Source: Anthoceros angustus (lineage: Eukaryota; Plantae; Anthocerotophyta). Taken from it: a stretch of DNA of 64,000 nucleotides. Below the pieces are notes generated by a model. The model made no database searches and had not been told where the DNA came from. It was given only the letters and a program-made list of their open reading frames with translations. Where the stretch lies: assembly GCA_010909165.1 (NCBI GenBank), contig VJWM01000106.1, positions 372,001 through 436,000 on the forward strand, given 5' to 3'. This document shows positions 22,991 to 36,339 of this stretch, in pieces. The stretch's first letter is position 1. Every line of letters starts with the position of its first letter. The translations under genes and the position numbers were made by a program.

Positions 22991-25900
22991 CCCGCTGCAA
23001 GTGCACCGCCAAATCATACAGCGGTGTAGGCGCCACGCCCCTCCTCTCACGCGCACAATCCATATGCCACATGTACATGGGTGTCGCATTGGTGTCTTGG
23101 GCCGGGATCGCATCGACCGTCGTGCCATGTGCTCCGGCATCAACGCGGCGCCTCCGTGACTGCCTCCTTGGGATTTCGATTCCATCCGATTGCGCTCTGC
23201 ACCGCGAATCGTATTCCGGCGTTCACGCCGTCTTGGGTGATGGGTGTGCGTGGCAATCGGCGCACACCTCCTCCACGGACAACCTCCCATACACCGCCAT
23301 GCGTGTGCCGATCAGAGCCTCGTCCGTGCTCAAGTGCAGCCTAGCTCCGTCGGTAGGCCTTTCAATGGTCTCCACCAGTCTTTGCCGCCAAATCATACGG
23401 TTGCGGTGTAAGCGCGCAGCGTCTCCTATGCATCCTTCATCTCCACCTTCCAGCCCCTCATCCCCACGGCTCCTCGCACGAGAAATTGCCTCAAGTTTTC
23501 ACCGTCCGTGATGATGATGGGCTTCATGACCTCCTCGGTCGGCGCACCGCCACCATCTTCCTCCTTCGTCGCCCGGAAGGCCGCGCGCGCGCGCATGGGC
23601 ACCCTTCACTGCCGTTTTGCCCCACGTGATGGCCAAGGTGGAACTTGGTGGCCTCAACACCCTCCAGACCTCGCGCCGCCTACTGCATGGGGAGCGCTTT
23701 TCCTGCCCATGCGCCTTCCTCCCGTTCAAACCCCAAATGCACCTCTCGCGGCGCCGATTTGATCCTCCTAACACTTTCCCCGAGTAATGGCATGTCCGCA
23801 GCCAAGGGTTTCACAAAGTGACGGCTCGATCACCGTTAGCGTATGCCCACTCCGATTTTTGTTCCACGGACGGTCCGCGCGCGCATGGACGGGGTTTCAC
23901 ACCGCGTGATCCGCAGAGGTAGATCACCGCAAAGTTCGGCAAAGCCCGTAGCTATCACGCACTTTTGCTTCCTTGATTTCATTCATTGTTTGAAGTGCAC
24001 CGCAAAGAACACTTCCAAACCAACGACGCACCAAACACCGTCGTATGTGAACAATCTAGAATGGGCGCTTCACGGCGTGCGGGCAAACACACTTGCCCCC
24101 CATTTCGGGGCCATCGACAATTAGCGCGGCGCCTCCGTGACCTCCTTGGGATTTCGATTCCATCCGATTGCGCTCTGCACCGCGAATCGTATTCAGCGTT
24201 CACGCCGTCTTGGGTGATGGGTGTGTGCGTGGCAATCGCGTGCACACCTCCTCCACGGACAACCTCCCATACACCCGCGCCATGCCGTGTGCCGATCAGA
24301 GCCTCGTCACCGTGCTCAAGCTGCGGCCTAGCTCCGTCGGTAGGCCTTTCAATGGTCTCCACCTTGCAAGTCTTTGCACCGCCAAATCACGTTTGCGGTG
24401 TAAGCGCGCACCCGCGTCTCCTATGCATCCTTCATCTCCACCTTCCAGCCCCTCATCCCCACGGCTCCTCGCACGGTACACAAGTTTTCACCGTCCGCAT
24501 GATGATGGGCCGCCATGCGACCTCGATGCGGCCGTCTTTGGCGCACCCCCATCTTCCTCCCGTCGCTTTGGCACGGAAGGCCGCGCCAGCGTCCATGGGC
24601 ACCCTTCACTGCCGTTTTGCCCCACGTGATGGCCAAGGTGGAACTTGGTGGCCTCAACACCCTCCAGACCTCGCCTACCCTGCGGAGCGCTTTTCCTTGC
24701 CCCATGCGCCTTCCTCCAGTTCAAACCCCAAATGCACCTCTCGGTAGCGCGATTTCGATCCTCCTAACACTTTCCGCCCGAGTAATGGCATGTCCGCAGC
24801 CAAGGGTTTTCTGACGGGGCTCGATCTTAGCGTATGCCCACTCCGATTTTTGTTCCAGGGGCGTCCGATTCAAGCGCTTGCGGGGTTTTACACACGCATC
24901 TGCAGAAGTACTGCAAGTTCACGTGCGCCCGTAGCTATCACGGTTTACTTTTCGTTTCCGCATTTCATTCATTGTTTGAAGTGCGACAAGTGCACTCCAA
25001 ACACTTCAAACCTAGCGCACCAACACCTTGTCCGTATGTGAACAATCTAGAATGGGCGCTTCACGGCGTGCGGGCAAACACACTTGCGTCCACCGCCCAT
25101 TTCGGGCCGGCATAGGATGGCTGCCTCTCCCTATCTTCACTCTTGTGCCGCTGGCCGCAAACCCGGCAAATGGCGAACTGCGCCTTACCTCAATGCGCAG
25201 GGTTCCACGACGGTCCTCGGTGCGAACAAAAGGCATGGGATCTTCCAGCTATCGAGCGTATCCCGCGACCCCCATTGTGTGGCATGCCACGATAATCGTC
25301 ACATGCTTCGTTTGGAATACTCCCTCTTCGTTCGATTCAAGTCCATGTAACATATGAAATGCTCCGTCTGTTGTACACGAACGGCAATGAGCGTGACCCA
25401 CAAAAATTGTGTTGATCCAACTCCACAGGAGGATGCTCAATGTCCCAACCGCCGACAAACGAGCCTCACGCATGTTCCAATCACCGTGTGGCCCGGTCCA
25501 GCACATGTGACGCCGGTCCCATTCCGCCCAACCGCCTCACCACTAGCTTCCAACTCCACTTCTCCGATTGCGAACATCCATCGCTATCATTCCCTCCACT
25601 GCGACCATAGGGTGCCATCCAACTGCTTTCCTCCACTTTCGAACGACGGTGATTGCGAAAAGGCGTCCTTCTCACGAAAACTCCCACGAAGCCTCCATTG
25701 ACTTCTCACGAGCATGGTCACGGTGGCGTTCCTATCTCGATGGTCGCACGCAGATTGCAATCCCGGCTCGCGAATTGCATCCACAACGGCACCAACGTGC
25801 CATGCCGATTCTTTGGCTCCAAAGATTCCGTGCCACATGACACCGCCACCGAGGCACCTTCACTCCACCTCCAACCTCACCTCAATGGTCAGGCCACAAT

Positions 25901-28369
25901 CGCCTCTCCACGGCGAAAATGAAATCTTTGTGCATTGCGGACAATCGGAACCTCCAATACCATGAGTACCCATTTCCCGGACCAGATCGCACACATTTCT
26001 CGCCTCCCGGGTACCATGTACGCTCGACATGCGGAGTCGGAGTGGATTTGCCGGGACTCTCCCACTCCCACACCGGCCGCCCGGCTTCCGCGAGCCACCG
26101 CCGCTTCCACGGCCTCCTCCGCGCCCCCGCCGTCGCGCATGTGCCATCGTCGCCGATTGAGCGCCCGGCGAGGCGTTCGGCGCGCTTCGGACGGCCATCA
26201 CTAAAACCGCCGCCGATGACCACTCGCCACCGAACCTCCGGCCGGCACAATATCGCTGCACGCCGGCCGATCATCTGCCCGCCGCCTTCCTCCACTTCGC
26301 CGATCGCGCTGCCCGGCCCGGGCGCCCGACCATCCACCTCGCCGCCTCGGATCGCCCTGCAGTGGACGACGCGCCCATCGCCCACGCTCTCGTGTCGGTA
26401 GCAAACTCGAATGGATCATACCCACCGCACAAGAGTTGTGAGGCTCGAGACGCCGACCGCAAAGCTTACATTTCGCACTGGAGGCCACATAGCCCCGCTG
26501 CACTGCCGCTGCCAGGCGGCGAGTCAGACGCCCTTCTGAAAGCCGCCAAGCATGGCGTGGGCAATGGAGACCGCCGCTGTGTGCAATCCACCGCAATCAA
26601 TAGCGAGGTTTGAGAATTCATGGTGACCCACGCAGATGCGATCGCGCACGGCCGAGCACCTGCTCCACTTGTAGGTGCACCTCCACGAGATCCACGTCAA
26701 AACGCCTCCCAAGGTGGGTGCGCCAATCGGTTGATCTCGCCACCGCGCCGGGCTTCCACTCCACCTTCCGCTCGGACGATCGCACGGGTTGTCCATGGCC
26801 TCTCCCACTCCTCCTCCGCCGCCGCCATGGCTCCTTCCGGCGCCGCGCCGCCGCACCTCCTCCTCCATCGCCTCCCGCTTCAACGCACCATCATGGCGGG
26901 CATTGAATGTGCACGGAATCATAGGTATACTTGCACGGCCTCGGGATCGTCGAGATCCCCGACACCGCCTTTACGCCGCCGCCCGCACTCGCATCCGCAT
27001 CCGTCCGCAGCCGCAGTATATGCCATGTTCCGCCACCGCACTTCCGCCCGCGCGCGTGTGCAATTGCGATGCCATGCGTGCCACATGCGATTCTCGCCAC
27101 ACCGTGCATTTTCAGCAAACATTGAATGTGCAATCGCGCACGCCGCACACCTTACAACGATCCGCAACTTAGCGGCACACCATCGACGCGGACCGTGCAG
27201 ACCGCAGAAGCCGCCGCCTCGCAACCCTTACTTGCTGGCGTTCACCATCACTGTGCTCCGCACCATCACGCCATTCCCAACCGCAACCAAGATTACAATT
27301 TTGTGCCTTCACGGCCGCACTTGGTTCGCTTCCACCGCCTGCACATCCTCGCCAAGTACTCGAACATGGTTCTCCGTCACGGTTGATATCCCGGAACAAC
27401 GCTCCGTCTTCTCATTCCATTCCATTTCTCCATACCGCACGAAATCAACCAATTCATAATACCTCATAGGCCACCTCTCCACAAGGTCGGTGGCACTCGA
27501 TGCGTGCACTGGAAAACCAAATCCTAAGGTCGCCACACGCAGCTCTCCTTTCCGGTACCTCTTCCATCCCGACGGCGCCAACGCCGAACACTTGGTGCAT
27601 GAAAATGTGGCACTCCACCGCCCGGTACACTCGCAGAATTTGTCCACCGCCACTCCATCCGGCCCTCACGGCAGTCGACAGACGGCAAGTTTCTGGATAG
27701 CCCTCTATGCGCAGACATCGGCTTTGATGGTCCTCCACAAATGCCAAGAACTCGACACCCAGTTGATGGGAACCATAGGCCACGCAGAATGTACTCGCCG
27801 AGCTTTGCATCTCCCATTCCTCCGCCGCCCCTTCCACGCCCGCACAAGGCCGTGCCGCCAGACCGCAAACATGCGCATCCGGCACCGTGATTTGCGCGGT
27901 CATCTGACATGGGCTCCTACTACTCACCGGGCCACCTTCCACTCTTCAAGCGCAACCGCCAGAGGAACACACCAACCCACGGCCGCCGCCACGCCATCGC
28001 CGCCACGATCTTGTGTTCCTCATCCTCCTCCACGGCACGGGCCGGGCGCGGCGCACCCTTCCACCCACCACCGCCACCCGCCGCCTTCCTTGCACGTAAT
28101 GCGCACCCGCTTTCCCTTCCACCACCCGCAACCGCCCCTTCCACCGCCCCTTCTCCGCACGGGTTGCGACCGCCGAAAGCGATCACGGCACCCGCTCCAA
28201 ACCCAACCGACACCGCCGCCACCACTAATTTCCCCTCCCTTTGGTGGCGTGGCAGTCCTCGCACATGTACCAAACCCTTTCACTTTGAGGCGCCATACAC
28301 AACCTCCCAATTTTCATTTCCAACCAATCCATCTTCCGGCGTCAGTGGTGTGGTTTTGATATCTGCCGG

Positions 28370-29920
28370 ACATACCCAGGAAAGAGGTCGCAAATCTATA
28401 TACAAAAACAAAAATCATAACCCAAGGAAAAGGTGCACATGCACATGGTATGTATGCATGATGCATGGTTGCAATCGGATGCGTGAACATGTCTACCTAG
28501 ATCCGTGTCATAGCGCAATCCATCTATCCGCATCGATGTCTATATGGCACTACGCATGACACATATAGGTCATCGCATCTACATAGAAAAAACCGAAACA
28601 CCATAACCCAAGGAAAAGGTGCACATGGCATGCACATGGTATGTATGCATGATGCATGGTTGCAATCGGATGCACGTGAACATGTCTACCTAGATGCTGT
28701 GTCATCGCGCAATCCATCTATCTGCATCGTGATGTATATATGGCACGGTACTATGACACATATATAGGTCAGCAAATCTATATACAAAAAACCTAAACAC
28801 CATAACCCAAGGAAAAGGTCCACATGACATGCACATGGTATGTATGCATGATGTATGGTTGCAATCGGATGCACGTGAACATGTCTACCTAGATCTTGTG
28901 TCATAGCGCAATCCATCTATCGCATCGTCATGTCTATATGGCACGCATTATGACACATATATAGGTCATCGCATCTACATAGAAAAACCTAAACACCATA
29001 ACCCAAGGAAAAGCGCATACGTTGTTAAGTGCATACATATCATTTGTTCAAGGCCAAGGACAAGTATGATAATAAATAAACCCAAAGTTTCGACATTCGG
29101 TGTGAGGTGGCACGTGATTCAACCTGTTCCTTGGGCTTGACATACGCTACCGTGAACATGTCTATATATGTGGCTTCCTTCCCAATCATAATTCGATTGT
29201 AGAAGTTTGTCCGCATGGAACATATGCCCCGGGAGGTTCAGGTCAAGTAGACAAGGTCTTGTCTTCTTTCTCTCTTATGTCTTGTGGGATCCGCATTTTC
29301 CGGTGGGAGCCTCGGTCCAACCCCTTCTGTGACGTGTTTCCTTGGTCTTCGACTTTAGCGAACATGTTGTCATACCACTTGCCATATGCCATGTGATTTG
29401 GTAGGGGTGCATGTGATGAGGGCTGTGCATTGAATGTATGGCATGCACATGGTGTGTATGCATGAAGTATGGTTGGCATGTTGTGTATGTGAACATGCCT
29501 AGGTAGATGTTGTGTCATGCCACAATGAATCCATGTGCATCGTGATGCATGTGACGCACGGTACCATAATAGATATATAGGGTTGCGAACACATATATAC
29601 AGAATACATGAACAACATAACCCAATGAAAAGGGCGAGTACGTTCTGTACTGCATACATATCATTTGTTCGAAGGCCAAGGACAAGTAGGTTTTTAAATA
29701 GACCTATAGTGCCTACCAGCAGGTGAGAGGTGGCACGTGATTAACCCTGTTTCCTTGGTCTTCGACATACGGTACCAGTAAACATGTCTATATATGTGGC
29801 TTCCCTACCCATTCATTATTCGATTGTAGAAGTTTGTCTGCATGGAAAGGCATCCATACTTCGGCCATGCACCTGGGCTTCTTTCTCTCTTCTGACCTTT
29901 GGGATCTAGTGGGAGCGTTA
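28370..29920 (+). repeat. Internal repeat block, ~190-bp tandem unit (ATGC/CATG-rich)
   Basis: cataacccaaggaaaag at 28416, 28602, 28801 and 28997, with a variant at ~29616. Confidence 0.9.
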
Positions 29921-30959
29921 GGCAACCAACTTGATCAGGGCCAGCCTCGGTCAAATGCATTGCTTTCACCAGTTGCCTTGGTCTTGGACATAAGGGACCA
30001 TTGTTCATGTGTTCATATAACGAATATGCACCCTCCTTCATTATTGTCATTGTCATTCGAGGAGGGAGCTGCCGGAGGCAGGCCCTGCAACGTCATCCTC
30101 GTTTCGAACTGCAAGTGCATTGTGTTCTATGGCAGGTCGTTCGCTGTCCAATTGCACATTCAACCTCGTCCAGTTGCACATTCAACCTGCAATTGCCTTT
30201 TTTCGCATGTTATGCATTTCACCAATGTAAGGCATTGTATGCGCTGAGAAATTTCGCGTTAGGCATTGTTGGTTCGTGGTCGGCATTTTCCTTCTTTGGT
30301 TTGTTGGGTGGGGTGGGTTGGGGCGGGGTTGAGCCGGTGGGGCCGGTTTGTGGTGGTGGGGCGGGGTTGAGCCGTGGGGCCGGTTTGTGGTGGTGCCGCT
30401 GGGGTGGGTTGGTCTTTGGGTTGGGTTGGGGCTGGTTGGTGTGGGTTGGGGCGGGGTTGGTAGTGGGGCGGTTTGTGGTGGTGGGGCGGGGTTGAGCCGG
30501 TGGGGCATCTTGGTGCGGGCTCACGCCGGGCCGGCAGTCGCCCTCGTGCGGCCGCGGGCGGATGGCGCGTGGGCTCGCCTGCTACCGTCCGTGGAGCGGG
30601 CCGGTAAGGCGGGAGGACCGGCCGCTGGATGGGGTCGGATGTGGGAGTGACCAGACAAATCTCCGAGCCATGAGGCCGCTGGAAGGGCCAAGGCAACCAT
30701 GCCATCGAAAAATGTGAAGTGATGATGGCTATTGGCGCCAATATGGGCCATGCTCACGGATTTCATGGCAAGCAATATGGGATGGACTTCATGAGCCGGA
30801 CCGGACCATGGCGACTACGAAATACCTTATAAATGCATAGCCGTGACTCGCATGCTGCGCAATGCGACCATAGACATCGGATGAGAAGGGCATTTGAATA
30901 AGCCAGGGGCACAATGAATTGCTTCCACAACGTCAGGTATTGGTGTGCGGTCCGGACAC

Positions 30960-31530
30960 CAATGCTCGGAGGCGGCGCAGTGATACCGCATCATTTGCAC
31001 TATGCGGCCCACTATGTTATTGCGGACCATATCGGACCCAATATGTTAGTGCGACACGTTTGTGCACAGCATCTTCGCACATGTGACGCGGGAAGGAACC
31101 ATGAACCCTCCGCATACCACTGACATGTTTGGCGGGCGCCAGCGCGGGAAGTCAAACGCCGGCGACCCACTACGTCATGTCCTCTGCACAACCAGGCGGA
31201 AGTGGTGCGGTGAGCGGCAACGCGATGAGGGTGTGGAGTGGCTTGGCCGCAGCGCATGGGCTGCAATATGGCGGCGGCGCGGCTGCAACTTGTGGAGAGT
31301 ATTGCCATAGCGCAACGCAGCAATCATGTTTTATGAGCCAAAACTGGCAATCGCACCGCCTCGTAACTCAACGATGTACCGCATGCCGCGTCAAAAAGAT
31401 GTCGTATGATACGGAGGATTATGGACAATGATTTCAGCTTTCCGGCTGCAACCCCCACCCTTGAACCGCCACGCAATGCTTGCGACATCACCGCCATCGA
31501 TCTCCTGCACATGCGCGTCTCGTCCCACAC
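30960..31530 (+). pseudogene. Probable Ulp1/C48-like cysteine peptidase remnant (transposon cargo)
   Basis: Across frameshifts: SD..I.HYAAHY...MLV.DTFVHSIF, THYV (31165-31176), MPRQKD.YD.GG (31383-31417) and ITAIDLLHMR, in the order of Ulp1 motifs LND.II.FY / dtFF / HW / PQQ.D..DCG. The catalytic Cys is not recoverable. Confidence 0.4.
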
Positions 31531-33527
31531 AACCGAGGCGCCCGCATCGGTAGGGCAGCGCAGTGGACATAAGGTATCGAGCTACCGCGGATCTTGCACA
31601 GCTCCATGGCGCCTAGCGGAAGACACGTGAGCATTGCACATCACAACCCGCCGGGGCAGCGTAGAAGAAATTGTGGGCACGCCTGGCCGGGGCACGAGGG
31701 AGAAGACGATCCGCGGATGGAGGCGGATGGAGGCGGCCGTGTCGGCTGCCCTCGGCGGATGGAGGCGGCGTTGGCACACAAAGCCGCTCCGCCATCGCAG
31801 CCGTTCGCGCCGCGGCCCAATTGCGCCGACCGCCAGCACTTGGCGCCGCCACGCCCAAGATCGCGGACCGCTGGACGGCACTCGCCGCGCCAAGCCGCCA
31901 TCGCCGGCGGAGGTTCAACGTGGTCGTCCCAGGCGGCCCTTCCACATATGGCGGGAATGGGTGGGAGGATCCTCTACGCATTCCGCGCCACGCCAGATTG
32001 GTGGGAGGAGGGAGACGGCGCGCGCAGGAGAGCCAGAGGCCGCCTCCCTGCGGGCCGCCGTTGGGACAATCCCATTCACGCAGCTGCGGAATCACGGGCT
32101 GACGGGTATAGGCCCGCGGAAGAAGCAAAAGAGCTGCGGGAGCACCGTCGGTGCTTGCGGAGGCGGGCGTTGGCACACAAAGCTGCTCCGGATACAAGTA
32201 CCGCTGGACAAGGCTTTCCCCAAGGTCGACTTGGGAGATGGAGAAGGCGGCCAGGTTGTCTTCGTGTCCGCGCTCGACCTCACGCAGGTGGAGCTTACGG
32301 TGCCCTCGGGCATGCCGGTGGGGGCGACGTACAACGGAACGCCGTTCGCCGAAGGAACGGTGTGTGCAGCCATTGTTGATGCGTGCGAGGCTCTATTCGA
32401 CAAGCCCGTGGCGTCGGGACCGGCCGCTTTGTGGTCCGTGATGTCGCGCTATGCGCGCACACACAAGTCCGTGTATCCGACATTCTGTCAATTTCCCCGG
32501 CAAAGACAAACACAGAGGCCGACAGTGATGCAAATCTGTACATCCGGGACGTGACGCAATTTACACCTCTGCATGCGGAGGTGCGAGGAGCGCGGCGCCG
32601 GAGGTGTATGACTGGGTTCGGAGGAGGAAGAAGTGGATGTCCCGAGGGATGGAGGGATAGCGGCGGTGGCGCGCGGCGGCGGAGGAGGAGAGTTCAACAA
32701 CGCCGACGTCCGCATCCCCGACCTTGAGGCACCCGCATCCCACCCGCCGACTCGGGACATGTGGGAGGAACAATTTCCTCTCCCTCAAGGCCAGCGGCGG
32801 GTAGAGCCTGCCGCTGCGGAGGCGGGCGCGAAGTCCCGGCGCGCGGCGGCGGGCCGCTGCACGCCTGCTGATGGAAGCGCCTCGCGGCGGGGAGCGGAGG
32901 AGGCTCTCCGACGCATGGCAACGGACCTTCTTAGTTGTGGAAGAGCTCCGCACACACCACCGCAGGTGGGAAGGCCAGCGTCGGCGACCGGCCATCGGCA
33001 GAGTTCTTTTCTTCAAATTTTGGGTCACTTGCGGAGAAGGCGGAATGGCGATCGCGAAACAGATGCGGCGCGCTTGCAAGGCTGCAACATCGTGGACACG
33101 GGCGCAGTACGAACTCGGAAGGGCTCGCGCATCCGATGGTCCAAGGCATGGACGGGCCGAAATGTTCGACATCGCCACCATCCAGGGGTTCTTCGCGCGC
33201 AGGCGTCTCACCGGGCTGCGCCTTCGAGGACATGGACGATGGACTAGACCTTCGCCCATGACGGCGGAAGAGTTGCGAACGCGGCAGCACCAACTTGAGG
33301 TTCGCGATGGATGAGGACGAGATGCTCCGATCGCACCGCAGCCACCGCAGTGGGTCGCTTCAGCGAGGCGGCGGTGAGAAGGCGGAGAAAGAACGGCGTG
33401 ACGCGCGCTGGCATTCCGAGCGGTAGGAAGCGGACGATGCCGCACGCCATGCGATGCGCCGTTTGCGTGAAGGCTCAGATGCCGTCCGAACGAGGGAGCG
33501 GCGATTCGAGGACATCCTAACCCTCCG

Positions 33528-34723
33528 GTGAGTGCGAAGATGCCATTAATTGGTACCGGGGCACGCGAACGCAACGCGGTGGTGATTGCAGTTGAGGCGG
33601 GCATGGAGTGCCAACAAGCTCGACAATTTCGAGGCCGAGGGGGGACCTTTCCACCGCTTAGAGTGCGATCGCACTGCACGGACGGTGATGTAGTCCACGA
33701 GGTTGGAGCGATGGGCGGGCCTACGAGGCGGCGATTCGAGGCCGAAGTACTCGGAGTCGCCATTTGTGGACGGCGTGTTCGAACGCAACGCGTCGGCGGT
33801 ACACATTACCACATCGCCCGAGTGCATCCGACCCCTACGAAAGATGGTAAGATATATGGTCAATTGATGCAAAATGTGCGTGACGGCAGATGCCTCCTTG
33901 CGAGCCATGTTCTTGACCACGCTCTACATGCCGCCGCAAATGGCATTGAGGTGAGCCGTCCCATGACATTTGCCACACTCGCGCACTAGGGAGCCAAAAG
34001 GATGGCGTGCACAAGGAGTGGAAGGATGCGGGCACAGAGAGGACGTTGAAGAGGGCTTTCAAGACGGATATGTTGACAACCCACCCACAGCTCATGGCCA
34101 TCCTCCAAGAACTGAAACGCGGGGCTCGGCTGGGCCAAGAGGAGCAGCAGGCTGCGATTTCCTCGGCCGTTGGTCTGATGGCAGACAGGCTCCCGGATTT
34201 TTTCAAGCATGTGGCCGACCTGAAGCCCTCGCATGTCCTGGGGCGGCAGGTGGCGCGCATTCGGAAGAAGGTGCAGGACCAGCTTTTATTCACCGGTGCG
34301 ACGCTTGGCGGTGGGTGGGAGAGGGGTTCCGGCATGTGGTGCACAGCCTGGACAAGAGGGCCATGTTGGAGTGTCTAGGGGAGTGCACGTTTGAGAGTGT
34401 CACCAAGTTCTTCACTGCCACGCATGGATGCAGGGCAGACGCGTAGCGGAGTGAGATTCGAGGCCTGCTTGCCGCAGTTGAGAGAAATGTTCTGTGAAAT
34501 CGTCAGAGAGATGTCATTCGGCGATAGAGCGCGCCTGTTCACCTTCATCACCGACAGAGTTTACTTCTCGGAAGCAGTGCCAATGGTGGTCGAGCAAGTT
34601 CCTCCGCATTTGGGCACCGCCTCCGAGGACGTGCTCGCACTCTCCTCCCGCCTATGTCTCAAGCTCGTGATGGCCACGCGGTGAGAAGCCATCCGCATGA
34701 ACTCCGTGTATGGGAACGCTTGA
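33528..34723 (+). pseudogene. HECT-domain E3 ubiquitin ligase (transposon cargo), frameshifted as assembled
   Basis: N-lobe EVGAMGGPTRR (~33699-33731) and KIYGQLM. C-lobe EIVREMSFGDRARLFTFIT, RTCSH (Cys codon 34632-34634), PAYVS, and terminal EAIRMNSVYGNA* (stop 34721-34723). Confidence 0.72.
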
Positions 34724-36339
34724 AAGGCCGGCCTCGAGTCGGACTGCTTCATTAGAGACCGCAAGTGGTTTCGGTTGTGTTTGTCCCGGCCCCGCACAAG
34801 AGGGCACTAATGTGAAGAGACTTTGAGCTGTCCGCACTCACGCTTGGTTTGCGATGGCGACACGAAAACGAGGCACGCACCAGAGAAGACGCCTCGACGT
34901 GAATTGCTTTCCGTCACCAATTGAGAATGGATGTAAACAAGGTCGGGCGCAATAATACGGAAAATGAGGGTTGGCGGTGGCATTTGCGCCGTCGAATGGC
35001 GCGAACCAAGTGCACCCGCCGAGGTTCCAATCGGCCGCGCGCCCGACAACCACATTGGGAAATGGAAAGAGGTGCGTGAGGTTTTGGAGGCGGAAGGTCT
35101 TCCAGGTGGGCGTGCATACGCATGGCGGCTGCGGTGGTGCACGCAGCAAGGTTGTTGTCATTGCGACAATCCGAGGTGGACAGCTCAAAGTTCTTGCTGA
35201 CATCGGATGCGAGAGTCGGGACACGAAGAAGACAAGCTGCAGAAGTGTGTGCGACGTGCGGTCATGCGGTTCCGGGTGCTCCTCGATGAGACAGCGAGGT
35301 TTGGGCCACCGCATTCCGCCGGTGAGGTGCCGGGCATGACGCCGAGGAGTTTGATGCGTGTGGAAGACGGGGATGCAGCGCAGGCGCGGATGCGGAGGAA
35401 GGCGCTTTGGTGCATCATCGCGATGGTGAGCCCACTCGCACGCACACCATCCGCCTCAGCGCCGCGTGCCTTATGCGGTGGGAGGAAGGTCCTTCAATGC
35501 GCAGTGGAGGCGGGCGGCGATCGGACGGGCGAGAGGCGCAGGAATGGCCTCCAAAGGGAGGTGATTGCGCCGCCGCAATCACCGGAGGCATAGCGTGAAC
35601 TTGCTCGGGTGGCGATGGCGGCGGCTGCTCATAATAGCAATGGCCGCGATCGCGAGTGGAAGAGTGGTTGTGGAATGGCGGTAGCAAAGGGCACTGTTTT
35701 ATACTCCTCCATAAGTTTGGTGTTTCGCAAACCAAGGACAGGACTGTCGCAGTGAATTGTAATCGGTCCAAAGCCTAATGACGAATTTGCCTGCCTGTAG
35801 TGGTCAGGGGTCCAAAGCACAACGACTTCGGTGTTTTCGTTTTTTCATGTGCTGTATCATGGCCGGAACTAGTCCTCGGCCTATGGCCCAATGACGAAAA
35901 CAACATCGCTTGTTCCATTCGCCTTAGGCCGAGGACTAGTTCATGACATGATTTTTTTTCCGTTGACGCCCAAAGGCCAAGGACTAAAATGTACTCGGAT
36001 TGACGAATGGTCCGAATGTAAGGTCCGATTCAAGTGTAGGAAGAAAATCCATTTCCCAACTACACGGTACTTGCCTATCCCGCCTCGCCGCCTATATATA
36101 CGAAGACAAGGCCTTCCCTGGACCATCCCGACTGGCCATGAAAGGGAAAATACTCATTGGCCTTTGGAGCTTTCACATTGGCAATGAAGGGAACAAAACT
36201 CCTTGGCCTTTGCACCAATATGTCAATCAATGAATGGAAGGAAGACCTTGGCCTTTGGACCAAACCGAGAATCACCAAATGAAAAGTACTAAGACATTAG
36301 CGGACCATTGGTGGCCCATTACATAAAAGACAACAAGGA

